64,000 bases of DNA from an uncultured Chloroflexia bacterium. GTDB lineage: Bacteria > Chloroflexota > Limnocylindria > Limnocylindrales > CSP1-4. The notes beneath the pieces are model-generated. The model ran no database searches. It saw only the letters and a list, made by a program, of their open reading frames with translations, and had not been told where the DNA came from. Below, one piece after another: positions 34,801 through 42,641 of the stretch (the first letter of the stretch is position 1; each line of letters opens with the position of its first letter). A program made the translations under genes and the position numbers. The DNA is taken from contig CAVPPB010000003.1 of assembly GCA_963707215.1 (NCBI GenBank), positions 352,001 through 416,000 of the forward strand, in the 5' to 3' direction.

Positions 34801-35009
34801 GGCAGGCAGGCACCCTCGAGGACCGTGAACCCGTCGGTCCGCGCCTCGGCGAGCATGCGCCCGAGGAGTCGTGTCTTCCCGACGCCGGCCTCCCCGCCGA
34901 TGAGGACCAGCCCGGAGGCCCCGGCTGCCGTCCGCGAAAGGAGGGCACGCAGTCGCCCCGACTCCGCGCTCCTGCCCACGAACGTCCCAGGGCCGGCGAG
35001 GTCCCCCAT
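31878..35009 (-). CDS. AAA ATPase-LuxR (LAL/MalT-like) transcriptional regulator
   Basis: FVGR, GEAGVGKT, IEDVHWAD, FRHALLQD, C-terminal LTPREREVL...SNRDIAEALDISRKTASVHVSNILGKL. Confidence 0.92.
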   Translation of the reverse strand: MGDLAGPGTFVGRSAESGRLRALLSRTAAGASGLVLIGGEAGVGKTRLLGRMLAEARTDGFTVLEGACLPLGGRAAPYVPVVAVLRDMARVAEPGALPAILGPGRRDLARLVPELVDRSADVPPITDPSDPTAAVRLYELVTGTFERLARSAPLIVAIEDVHWADRASRDLLAFTARSLGAQPVLLALTVRTDEPTVSEGLRSWLVELERLPGSERVDLGPLTRDEVGALVTAILGDADRDVAGRIAERSGGNPFLAEELAEAAARGEWASVPGRLREILLTRLASLDEGTEAIVRAASAIGLRIDDDLLAEALGASHPAVASALRNAEANGVLVRVVDRSVAFDGYAFRHALLQDALYDELLPGERTRLHAALATALAHRATTAPASVGPSILAHHWDAAGDPEAALAAHAQAALMAVRVYAFGTARRHFERILDLWSGVPDAETLTGLDRPELLDRTAEMAAMEGDYGTSLALIREAVALVDPAGEPARSGSLQERLRWFLWEAGDPAAAEAAVREALRLIPREPPSRERARALAHAAGLDMMAGRAREALVGARAAIRIARAANALPEEALGLGIEGWAIASFGRVDDGLERFRQAIRIAELVGSVEGLALGYTNLVSVLDRAGRSADALRVAREGYAEVDRLGLRRVFGGHLRAHEARMLFHLGRWDESERTIRETLAAGTMPRAEALLRAQLSRSLAAAGRIEEAGTELSSAEGAIASARGGAMGGPDPRTRLLEAGMELAVWAGTTDEARAIADRALAIPTVGMVPDPALAWIGALGLRVEADVAETARAIGDVAGLGLAGERSRTILDWMRDWLPDGDLAEQEAVARAIDPRAAAIVGQLRAEMSRLEGASDPDAWQATAGAWRAVGRPLPEAYALYRAGEAGLRAGDRTGARTSLVAAARSADGLGARLLGDAVHRSAQVARIDLADASPGAATAHTEIADQPTHAAIGLTPREREVLRYVGAGWSNRDIAEALDISRKTASVHVSNILGKLGVENRTEAAVVALRLGLVQDDVREDPLEARAAAGRVGGAPVLP
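31880..31888 (-). promoter_or_regulatory. Extended -10 promoter for carAB (TGCTACCCT)
   Basis: TGn-TAnnnT about 10 bp upstream of the PyrR leader. Confidence 0.5.
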
Positions 35010-35103
35010 GGCGGCCGCATTCTACGAGGGGCAGCCGATCCGACGGACCTGCCACCTGGCCCTGGGCGCGGGACGCGCCCGGCCGGATGCCGATGCGGGG
35101 GCG

Positions 35104-35664
35104 TCATGCGGTCGTACCGAACCGTGCCTCGGGCTCCGCAAGCAGCAGGCGCAGACGGCCACGAGCGCGACACAGCATCGTCCGGGTAGCCGAGTCCGAG
35201 CGACCCATGCGGCCCGCGAGCTCCGGGCCGGAGAGACCGGCCGCCGCCAGCAGCACGACCTCGCGGTCCTGGTCGCGGAGCTCTCCGAGCGCGTCCCGGA
35301 CCCTCCGGTGCTCGTCGTGCCGGACGGCGAGGTCCTCGGTCGCCGGCACAGACCCGTCGGCCCGGAGCCGTGGCTCGGCTCGCTGGGCCACCCGTCGGTG
35401 GCGCCCGTAGCTCATCGCCAGGTTGCTGGCCACCCGATGAAGCCAGGCCCGCGTGTTGTCCGGGGCCCGCCCCGCGGCGATCTCGGCCAGCAGTCGCACG
35501 AACGTCTCCTGGGCCAGATCCTCGGCCTCGCCCGGGTCACGCACGAGTGCCCGGAGATGGGCCTGGATCTCGGGCCCGTAGCGCTCGAAGGCGAGCGCTA
35601 CCTGAGCGTCGGGGGCGTCGGGCCGCGCGCTCGCGGTCGTGCCCCACGTCTCCCTCACGTCCAT
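35104..35664 (-). CDS. ECF sigma-70 factor
   Basis: EAEDLAQETF, WLHRVASNL, GLSGPELAGRMGRSDSATRTMLCRAR. Confidence 0.85.
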   Translation of the reverse strand: MDVRETWGTTASARPDAPDAQVALAFERYGPEIQAHLRALVRDPGEAEDLAQETFVRLLAEIAAGRAPDNTRAWLHRVASNLAMSYGRHRRVAQRAEPRLRADGSVPATEDLAVRHDEHRRVRDALGELRDQDREVVLLAAAGLSGPELAGRMGRSDSATRTMLCRARGRLRLLLAEPEARFGTTA

Positions 35665-35839
35665 CGTCGGTCCCTTTCGATCGTCGGATCGAGTCCTCGA
35701 GCCGATCCGGGACCGACGATGGGTCTAGGCCGGGGGTCTGGGCATCGGGCAGCTGCCCTACGGAGGCGAGAGGATCCGGCGAGCTGAATCCGACGACCCG
35801 GGGGCGCCGCCTACCGGCGCTCCACTCGGCCGCTCGCGT

Positions 35840-36904
35840 CTACCAATCCTCGTGGACCGACACCGCCAGGTCGCTCATCCCTTCGAGCGAGTAGATCCGC
35901 TTCGTCCCGAAGCCCTTGACCTCGACCTCGCCGCGGTCTTGGACCGACACGTCGTCGCGGATGAGCTCGTAGAGGTCCTCGGCCATCATGATCCCCATGG
36001 GATCCGCGAGTGCCTCCATCCGGGCCGCCAGTCCGACGCCGGGCCCGAAGATGTCGTAGACGTACTTCTGGACGCCGATGATCGACCCGACGACGGGACC
36101 CGCGTTGATGCCGATCCGGCAGATCCACTGGTTCGACTGGGTGGCATTCCGGCGCTGGAGGTAGCGGACCATCCGGAGCGCGATCCGGGCGATGTTGCGG
36201 GGGTCGTCGGCTCCGGGCTCGGGGACGCCGCAGACCGCCATGTAAGCGTCGCCGATCGTCTTGAGCCGCTCGCCGCCGAACTGCTCCACGATCCGGTCGA
36301 ACGACGTGAAGATGTCGTTGAGCTCCGCGACGAGGGCCGGCGGATCGGCCGCGATGTCCATGTCGGTCGACGACACGAAGTCGAGCATGAGGACGGCAGC
36401 CCGGTCGAACCGCTGCGGCGCCGTGACCCCGAACTCCTTCCACTCCTCGTAGATCGTCCGGGGCATGATGTTGAGGAGGAGCTTCTCGACCCGCTCCTTC
36501 TCCTTGCGCAGGTCGCGGTTCTGGCGCTCGACCATCTTCGAGTACGACTCGACCATGTACTCGAGCTCCTTGAGCTTCGTCACGTTCACGCACTCGACGA
36601 CGAGCAGGTCAGTGCCGTCACCCTCGTGGTGCTTGACGTCGACGGCGATCGTCATCGCCCGACGGTTGACCTTCAGCTCGAGCTCGGTGCGGTAGGGCCG
36701 GTCACCGTCGAGGCGCGAGCGCATCCGCTCGACGTCGAGGCCCTCCAGGAGCTCGTCGAGGGGCGGATCGCCTTCGCCGGAGGCCGGGAACCACTCCTTG
36801 AAGCGAGCGTTGGCGAAGCGGATCACAAGGGTCTCGGGATCGGCCAGGGCGAGCCCGACCCCAGCGGACTCGAGGAGCAGCCGGTTGAACCGGTCGAGAT
36901 CCAT
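35840..36904 (-). CDS. PAS + class III adenylate/guanylate cyclase
   Basis: PAS-like N-terminus, coiled coil EKERVEKLLLNIMP, LKTIGDAYMAVCG, RIGINAGPVVG, YDIFG. Confidence 0.9.
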   Translation of the reverse strand: MDLDRFNRLLLESAGVGLALADPETLVIRFANARFKEWFPASGEGDPPLDELLEGLDVERMRSRLDGDRPYRTELELKVNRRAMTIAVDVKHHEGDGTDLLVVECVNVTKLKELEYMVESYSKMVERQNRDLRKEKERVEKLLLNIMPRTIYEEWKEFGVTAPQRFDRAAVLMLDFVSSTDMDIAADPPALVAELNDIFTSFDRIVEQFGGERLKTIGDAYMAVCGVPEPGADDPRNIARIALRMVRYLQRRNATQSNQWICRIGINAGPVVGSIIGVQKYVYDIFGPGVGLAARMEALADPMGIMMAEDLYELIRDDVSVQDRGEVEVKGFGTKRIYSLEGMSDLAVSVHEDW

Positions 36905-37290
36905 CACCCCGCCGCGGCGGTCGGGCTACCCGGGGCGGCGATGATCCACGGGGCGCGGACACGGAGCTCGTGGAGGACGCTGGCGACGTCGCCATCCTCC
37001 ATCTCGAAGTCCTCGAGCGCCTCCCGCATCGTCTCGATCATCACTTCGAACGAGGGGCGATCGATGCCGAGCCGGGCATGGACCTGGGCGAGGTGCTCGT
37101 TCGTGTAGCTCGCCGGCCCGCCCATCAGGAAGGCCATGAACTTCGTCTGGTGATCGATGAGCCGTCGCATATCGACGTCCTCGAAGTAGGGAGCGAGGAC
37201 ATCGGAATCGAGCACCTTGTCGTAGAAGGCCAGCACGACGCGGCTCAGGAACGGGAAGCCACCGTATCGCTCGAGGATGCTCCTGGCCAT
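36904..37290 (-). CDS. Group I truncated hemoglobin (trHbN-like)
   Basis: RYGG, FYDKVL (Tyr B10), YF, HQTKF, GGPASY, proximal His in QVHARLGI; TGATG overlap with the cyclase. Confidence 0.9.
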   Translation of the reverse strand: MARSILERYGGFPFLSRVVLAFYDKVLDSDVLAPYFEDVDMRRLIDHQTKFMAFLMGGPASYTNEHLAQVHARLGIDRPSFEVMIETMREALEDFEMEDGDVASVLHELRVRAPWIIAAPGSPTAAAG

Positions 37291-37449
37291 CCGCCACCTC
37301 CACTCCGGAGGCCCACCTTACCGTCGGCGTCGCGGAGCGTCCACCCGACGGATGGCCCGGCCGGGACTCCGTCATCCGACGTACGCCGGGTCGGTCGAGC
37401 GCCGGCGACGGTCCCCGGGTCGGTGCCGGCCTCCGTGGTCCCGGTCGGA

Positions 37450-37938
37450 TCACCCTGCGGGACGGAGGGCCCACTCGCGCCGATAGCCGAAGCCACGGCG
37501 ATTATCGACCAGGCGGATCCAGCCGGGACGAAGCCCGTAGAGCCAGTTGCCCTCCACGATCTCGGCCAGCTCGGCCACGATCGGGAACTTGCGTCGGTAG
37601 GCGTCCCAGGCCGCGTCCCAGGCGGCGCCGGAGGGGATCGGAGCGAACGTCCCCACGACCTGGAGGCCGCGGATCCGGGTCCAGTCCGTGACCACCGGGT
37701 AGATGGCGGCGGCCATCCTCGGATCCTCGATGGCGTGGCGGACGTGGACGCTGTCGGGGTCCGAGAAGAAGACGAGGTGCAGGTCCGCCTCCGCGGCGAA
37801 GAAGACCGGGGCGGCATGGGACTCGCCTGCTCGGCTCGAGGTGGCGAGCGTCATCGTCGAGATCGAGAGCAGCTCGAGGACGGCCTCGTCCTCCCAGGGC
37901 AGGCTGGAGGATCCGTCCGACTCACGCCATGACGCCAC
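37450..37938 (-). CDS. Pyridoxamine 5'-phosphate oxidase-like (YhbP-like) FMN-binding protein
   Basis: TMTLAT, HAAPVFF, SDPDSVH, IRGLQ, DNRRGFGYR; start uncertain. Confidence 0.75.
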   Translation of the reverse strand: MASWRESDGSSSLPWEDEAVLELLSISTMTLATSSRAGESHAAPVFFAAEADLHLVFFSDPDSVHVRHAIEDPRMAAAIYPVVTDWTRIRGLQVVGTFAPIPSGAAWDAAWDAYRRKFPIVAELAEIVEGNWLYGLRPGWIRLVDNRRGFGYRREWALRPAG

Positions 37939-38058
37939 GATCGCCCTTTCCTCCCCCTGTTCCGGTGGGCCCCACGCCCTGCCGTACGGTACAGGCCCCG
38001 GTGCTCCGGGCACCCGGATCCTGCGAAGGGCCGCGCCAGCGGACGCTCGAGGCGGATC

Positions 38059-38883
38059 TCAGCCGCGGCGGGCCAGGAAGCCGAGGACCTCGGCCGTCGA
38101 GCGCTCGGGGTCCTGCCAGAAGTAGCCATGCCGACACCCGGGGACGGTCCGCAGCTCGGCGTCGGGCAGGTGGGCGGCGAGGTACTCCGACTGCTCGAGG
38201 TGGGAGCCGGTCCCCCCGACGTGGGTGTCGAGCTCGCCGACGAGGACCAGCGTCGGCTGCCCGATCCGGTCGAGCAGCTCGGCAGTCTGGTGGCCCTGGC
38301 GGGCGACCACGTGCTTGAGGTAATCGCGGAGCGATGGGCGGTGCTCCCAGAAGGCCGAGATCAGGCGATCCACGACCTCGGGCTGTCGCTCGATGAATGC
38401 CGGCGTGAAGAGCGTCGTCCGGATCTGGTGCGCGATATAGCCCTCGTAGCCGAGCTCGATCATCGTCTCGGCCGCGGCGAGCGGGATCCCGCGCGCCTGC
38501 GGACGATCGGCCCGGGACTGGCCCGGGCCCGAGGCTGCCAGGATGAGGGTGGCGACCCGCTCCGGGGCATCGAGCGCCATCCACTGGGCGACCCGGCCAC
38601 CCATCGAGTGGCCCAGGACGTGCGCTCGGTCGACCCCGAGCTCTTCCAGCAGGCCGATGGCATCGGCGGCGAACAGGCGGGTCGTGTACTCGTCGGCTGT
38701 CCCCGGTGTCGCACCCGTGCCCCGATGGTCGAAGGTGACGACCGTGTGGCGCTGAGCAAGCGGCCCCACCAGCGCATCGGGCCAGGTCGCACCCGGGTAG
38801 CCGGTGCCGGCAACGAGCATGAGGACCGGGCCCTGCCCGTGGACCCGGTGCGCGAGGGGAACGGGACCGTCGTTCGACGCCAT
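38059..38883 (-). CDS. Alpha/beta hydrolase
   Basis: FDHRGTG, GHSMGG nucleophile, LVLVGELD, GCRHG. Confidence 0.9.
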   Translation of the reverse strand: MASNDGPVPLAHRVHGQGPVLMLVAGTGYPGATWPDALVGPLAQRHTVVTFDHRGTGATPGTADEYTTRLFAADAIGLLEELGVDRAHVLGHSMGGRVAQWMALDAPERVATLILAASGPGQSRADRPQARGIPLAAAETMIELGYEGYIAHQIRTTLFTPAFIERQPEVVDRLISAFWEHRPSLRDYLKHVVARQGHQTAELLDRIGQPTLVLVGELDTHVGGTGSHLEQSEYLAAHLPDAELRTVPGCRHGYFWQDPERSTAEVLGFLARRG

Positions 38884-39073
38884 CGAGCGCCTCAGGACCC
38901 GGAGACCGGGGCCGGGACGAAGGTCGCGATACCGCCGGCGGGAACGATGCACGCGAGCCGTGTCGCGCCGGTGTCGGCGGCGAGCAGCTGTCGCCGATCC
39001 CGTTCGTCGAGCATGCGAACACCATACGTGAGCCCGCAACGGCGCCGCGCTGCGGCTCGCGAGGCTGCAGCGA

Positions 39074-39104
39074 GGGGCCCGACGATCACACGTCGTCGGG
39101 CCCC
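39074..39104. terminator. Perfect 12-bp hairpin
   Basis: GGGGCCCGACGA-TCACACG-TCGTCGGGCCCC just after the stop of the 39123 gene. Confidence 0.55.
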
Positions 39105-39122
39105 GGTCGCTACGTCTGCGCC

Positions 39123-39371
39123 TCAGCCGTTCGCGCAGTGCTCCCCGCCCTGGCCCTGCCCGGCCCCCGGCGTGCCGACCGGCGGGAGCGGCAGGCTCAG
39201 GCCGGCCTGACCGGTGAGCGCTTCCTTGGCCATCCCGTTGTCGTTGCCGGGGCTACCGGCGGCATCGGCCGCGCAGGCCGATGACGGGATGACGACGTGG
39301 TGGAACGCGAGCGCCGGGGCCGGCAGAACGAGCACCGCGGCAAGCCCGAAGATCGCAGCGAGACGCCTCAT
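39123..39371 (-). CDS. Small secreted protein with two Cys
   Basis: AGGAGG RBS, signal peptide ending ALA, mature region FHHVVIPSSAC...EHCANG. Confidence 0.7.
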   Translation of the reverse strand: MRRLAAIFGLAAVLVLPAPALAFHHVVIPSSACAADAAGSPGNDNGMAKEALTGQAGLSLPLPPVGTPGAGQGQGGEHCANG

Positions 39372-39616
39372 GTTCACCCTCCTGAGCCTGGACTGGATGC
39401 AGGTGTGTACGTCGTCATCGCAGCGATGGTTTCGACCGCTGCCACCCGAACCGCCCCGGCTGGATCATCCCTCCACCGGGCCGACGCGCGGGGCGAGCTC
39501 GCCTGGGCTCGGCAGGCGCGGTACGCTCTTGCCGCGTCCCGTAGCTCCGCAACAGCGAGTTCACCATGGAACGAGCCAGCGGGATCGAGTCGCGGGCTGA
39601 CCCGGGACCCGGGGCG

Positions 39617-39910
39617 ATGGGCTATGCGAGGGTCGCCACCTGGACCGTCGGGTTCTGGCTCCTGTGCTACGCGATCGGCGCCCTGGCCTTCGGGCTTCTG
39701 ACCGTCGGGATCCTCGTGGTCGGCGTCGTGCTCGTGCAGATCCCGGTTGCGGCGGGCATGGTCGCCTACCTCGTGGGCCTGATCCTGGCGGGCCGGCGAT
39801 GCCACCTCCGCGGCGCGACCCAGTGGGCCTGCGCGGCCGTTGTCTCGATCGTCCCCGTCCTCGTCGTGGCGGCCGTATCGGTCCTGGCACTGGCAGCGCT
39901 CGGCGTCTGA
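39617..39910 (+). CDS. Small membrane protein (about 3 TM)
   Basis: Continuous hydrophobic ORF MGYARVATWTVGFWLL... Confidence 0.55.
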   Translation: MGYARVATWTVGFWLLCYAIGALAFGLLTVGILVVGVVLVQIPVAAGMVAYLVGLILAGRRCHLRGATQWACAAVVSIVPVLVVAAVSVLALAALGV

Positions 39911-40150
39911 ACCCCGGCCTGCCCGTTCGCCTGGCCCGCTCGGGTACCGCCCAGCCTCCACGGGGTCCCACCGTACCGACCCCCGGCCGCCGACCCGGCG
40001 GGGCCTGACTCGATGGCGTCGACGACGAGCAAGGCCGCCGCAGCAGGAGCGATCACCAGCCCGACGAATAGCATGAGCACGCTCACCACTGGAAGCTGAC
40101 GCCGCGAGGTGGCTGGGCCGTGCCGACAGGGCCCACCGCGCCCCCTGCTG

Positions 40151-40543
40151 TCAGGCGTCCCCGATCACGGCGATGGCCTGGATCTCGACGAGCATCTCGG
40201 GCCGCGCGAACCCTGTGACGGTGATCAGGGCGCTGGCCGGGAACCCGTCGGGGAAGTAGCCCTTGCGGATCTGGGTGAACTCCTCGCCGTGCCGCGGATC
40301 GAGGATGAAGACGGTCATCGTGACGATGTCGGCCAGTCGACCGCCACAGCGGTCGAGCGTGCCCGCGATCTCCCGGAACGTGGCGTGGACCTGCCCCGCG
40401 AAGTCGCCCCGCAGGACGCGCCCCGTGTCATCCCGCCAGGCACCGACACCAGCCAACCAGACGAGACGACCGCCGGTCGTGACGACCGCCGGCGAGAAGG
40501 CGCGCTCCGCCTCCCAGGTCCCGGTGATGTGCTGCCTTGGCAT
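40151..40543 (-). CDS. RidA/YjgF family protein
   Basis: AFSPAV, DFAGQ, FPASALI, LVEIQAIA; GGAGGG RBS. Confidence 0.85.
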   Translation of the reverse strand: MPRQHITGTWEAERAFSPAVVTTGGRLVWLAGVGAWRDDTGRVLRGDFAGQVHATFREIAGTLDRCGGRLADIVTMTVFILDPRHGEEFTQIRKGYFPDGFPASALITVTGFARPEMLVEIQAIAVIGDA

Positions 40544-40765
40544 CGATCCCTCCAGTCCTGCGACGCCGGCCATCCTCGGGGCAGTCTACGGCTGGCGGAC
40601 GATCCGTTCCCGGGATCGCGGGAGAGGCCGCCGTCGTGGTCGCTGCCCTCCTCCTCGCATCCTCCACCGTGCCTCCATGGCCGTTCCATGCAGGGCAGGC
40701 CCAATAGGGATGCGACCCGCGTCACTCCGTGTGGCGTCAGAACGGAGCGAAAGGAACCACGTCCC

Positions 40766-41563
40766 ATGCCGCTGATGACACGATCCCGATCCACCGACCG
40801 CCTCGGTCGACGCCCGGCGGCCCTGCTGGTCGCCGGCCTCGGCGTCGCCCTGGTCGCTGGTGCCTGCGCGCCCGGGGACGTCTCCGACGCAGCCGCGCGG
40901 GGTCCGCTCGATGGCCGTAGCGGCGAGGCCGCAGGGGGCCGCGGGCACGGAGGCGGCACCGGCGTCGGGTCGACCGGTCTCGGGGAACGAGGGGGCGGCC
41001 AGGACGACGATCAGGGGACGAGCCTCGCTCCGCTCCCGATCGCCACCCTGACGGACCAGGAGGTCGAGTCGCTCCTCACCATGCGCGAGGAGGAGAAGCT
41101 CGCCCACGACGTCTACGTGGCCCTCGGCGAGACGTGGGGCAGCCGGATCTTCGAGAACATCGCCCGGGCCGAGGCGAACCACGTCGCGGCGGTCAAGGCC
41201 CTTCTCGATCGCTACGACATCGCCGATCCGGCGGACGACCTGGCCATCGGGGAGTTCACTGATCCCGAGGTCCGGGCGCTGTACGACGAGCTTGTCACCC
41301 GAGGGCGCACGTCCATCACCGAGGCCTTCGCGGTCGGCGCGCAGATCGAGGACCTCGACATCAGCGACCTGCGGGAGCGGGCGACCGACACGCAGGACAT
41401 CGACAAGGTCTTCGATGCCCTCGAGCAGGGGTCCGAGAACCACCTGCGCGCGTTCGTACGGAACCTGGACCGCCTCGGCGTGACGTACACGCCGACCTAT
41501 CTCTCCGCCGAGGAGTACGAGTCGATCATCGGCTCGTCACACGGGCAGGGTAGGCCGGCCTGA
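40766..41563 (+). CDS. DUF2202 ferritin-like lipoprotein
   Basis: Lipobox-like AGAC; MREEEKLAHDVY, FENIARAEANH, IEDLDISDL, GSENHLRAF. Confidence 0.85.
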   Translation: MPLMTRSRSTDRLGRRPAALLVAGLGVALVAGACAPGDVSDAAARGPLDGRSGEAAGGRGHGGGTGVGSTGLGERGGGQDDDQGTSLAPLPIATLTDQEVESLLTMREEEKLAHDVYVALGETWGSRIFENIARAEANHVAAVKALLDRYDIADPADDLAIGEFTDPEVRALYDELVTRGRTSITEAFAVGAQIEDLDISDLRERATDTQDIDKVFDALEQGSENHLRAFVRNLDRLGVTYTPTYLSAEEYESIIGSSHGQGRPA

Positions 41564-41593
41564 GCGCGGCAACCGACCTCACGGAGGCTTCCC

Positions 41594-42235
41594 ATGACCA
41601 CGGTCACCCTCACGGCAACGCCCATCGCGAGACCCACCCGGGCGCGACTGGTCTTCTATGTCCGCGCGATCGTCGCGATCGCGATGGTCGCGACCTGGGT
41701 GCTGTCCGCGCTCAGCGGGCTGGCGCTGTGGCTGGCCATGGATGGCCCCGGAGCCCTCGAGACTCCGGCAGCTCTCGGGCTGACGAAGCACGCCTGGGAC
41801 GACATCCACGTCGTGGGGTCCTTCCTTGCCATCGGCCTGACGCTCGTGCATGTGTCCTTGATGCGACGAGGCATCGTCGCCTACGCCCGGCTCATCGTGA
41901 CCGGGCGGCGGAGCCTCTCGACCCGGGTCGTCCGGCGGCCCAAGGCGGTCGTGTACGTCCGCGCCGTCGCCGTCGCCGTCTTGGTCGTCCTGGTGCCCCT
42001 GGCCTTCGTCAGCGGCGTCGTCCCGTGGCTGGCACCCGAGGTCCGCCGCGCGGGCCAGCAGGTCCTCCTGCTCGGCCTGACGAAGCACGGATGGGTGGAC
42101 GTCCACACAGCCGCCACGATCGGCGCGATCCTCGTGTCGATGACCCACGTCGTCGTCGTCCGGGCCGGGCTCGTGGCTGATGTGCGCCTCCTCTTGACGG
42201 GCCAGAGGAGCGGCCCTCGGGCTGTCCGTCGCTGA
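41594..42235 (+). CDS. Membrane protein with duplicated DUF4405-like domains
   Basis: Two repeats of SG..W...LGLTKH.W.D.H......HV. Confidence 0.75.
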   Translation: MTTVTLTATPIARPTRARLVFYVRAIVAIAMVATWVLSALSGLALWLAMDGPGALETPAALGLTKHAWDDIHVVGSFLAIGLTLVHVSLMRRGIVAYARLIVTGRRSLSTRVVRRPKAVVYVRAVAVAVLVVLVPLAFVSGVVPWLAPEVRRAGQQVLLLGLTKHGWVDVHTAATIGAILVSMTHVVVVRAGLVADVRLLLTGQRSGPRAVRR

Positions 42236-42258
42236 CGGCGGCGAAGGTGCCACCCTGA

Positions 42259-42291
42259 CCGGCCCCCGTCGCCCGGCCGTGGGCTGTTCGC
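42259..42291 (+). repeat. Array repeat copy 1 (left arm only)
   Basis: CCGGCCCCCGTCGCCCGGCCGTGGGCTGTTCGC. Confidence 0.9.
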
Positions 42292-42347
42292 CTTGTTGCG
42301 GGACGTCCCGCACCGACGGGGCTCCGACCGCGGGCTAGGATCGGGGC

Positions 42348-42491
42348 ATGAGCGCCATCCGTGTCATCAGCATCGCCATGACCTTGGTGCTCCTCGGCCT
42401 GACGGCCCTGGTCGTCATCGGAGCGCTGATACCGACCACACTCGGCGGGCCGATCCTCGACGTCCTTCCGAGCCCGACGGTGGCGCCCTAG
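42348..42491 (+). CDS. 47-aa single-TM protein (not in the ORF track)
   Basis: MSAIRVISIAMTLVLLGLTALVVIGALIPTTLGGPILDVLPSPTVAP*; TAGGAT -10 six nt upstream of the ATG. Confidence 0.6.
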   Translation: MSAIRVISIAMTLVLLGLTALVVIGALIPTTLGGPILDVLPSPTVAP

Positions 42492-42511
42492 ATGCGTCGA
42501 GGTAGGGGGAA

Positions 42512-42597
42512 CCGGCCCCCGTCGCCCGGCCGTGGGCTGGTCGCTCTCCCCGTGGGTCAGCGAGATCGCCCCCGGCCGGCCCGGAGCGGGGGGCCGG
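42512..42597 (+). repeat. Array repeat copy 2 (full-length 86-bp imperfect palindrome)
   Basis: CCGGCCCCC...GGGGGCCGG ends, with inner pairs CGGCCG/CGGCCG, GGGC/GCCC, TCGCT/AGCGA. Confidence 0.9.
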
Positions 42598-42641
42598 CGC
42601 GTCAGGCTCGATGGGGCTGCTGAGCGGTCGCCGACCCTCCC

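Noticed and set aside
39766-40089. Minus-strand 107-aa ORF with a hydrophobic start
   Set aside because: It overlaps the plus-strand membrane gene and loses protein-like character after about 30 aa; at most a remnant.
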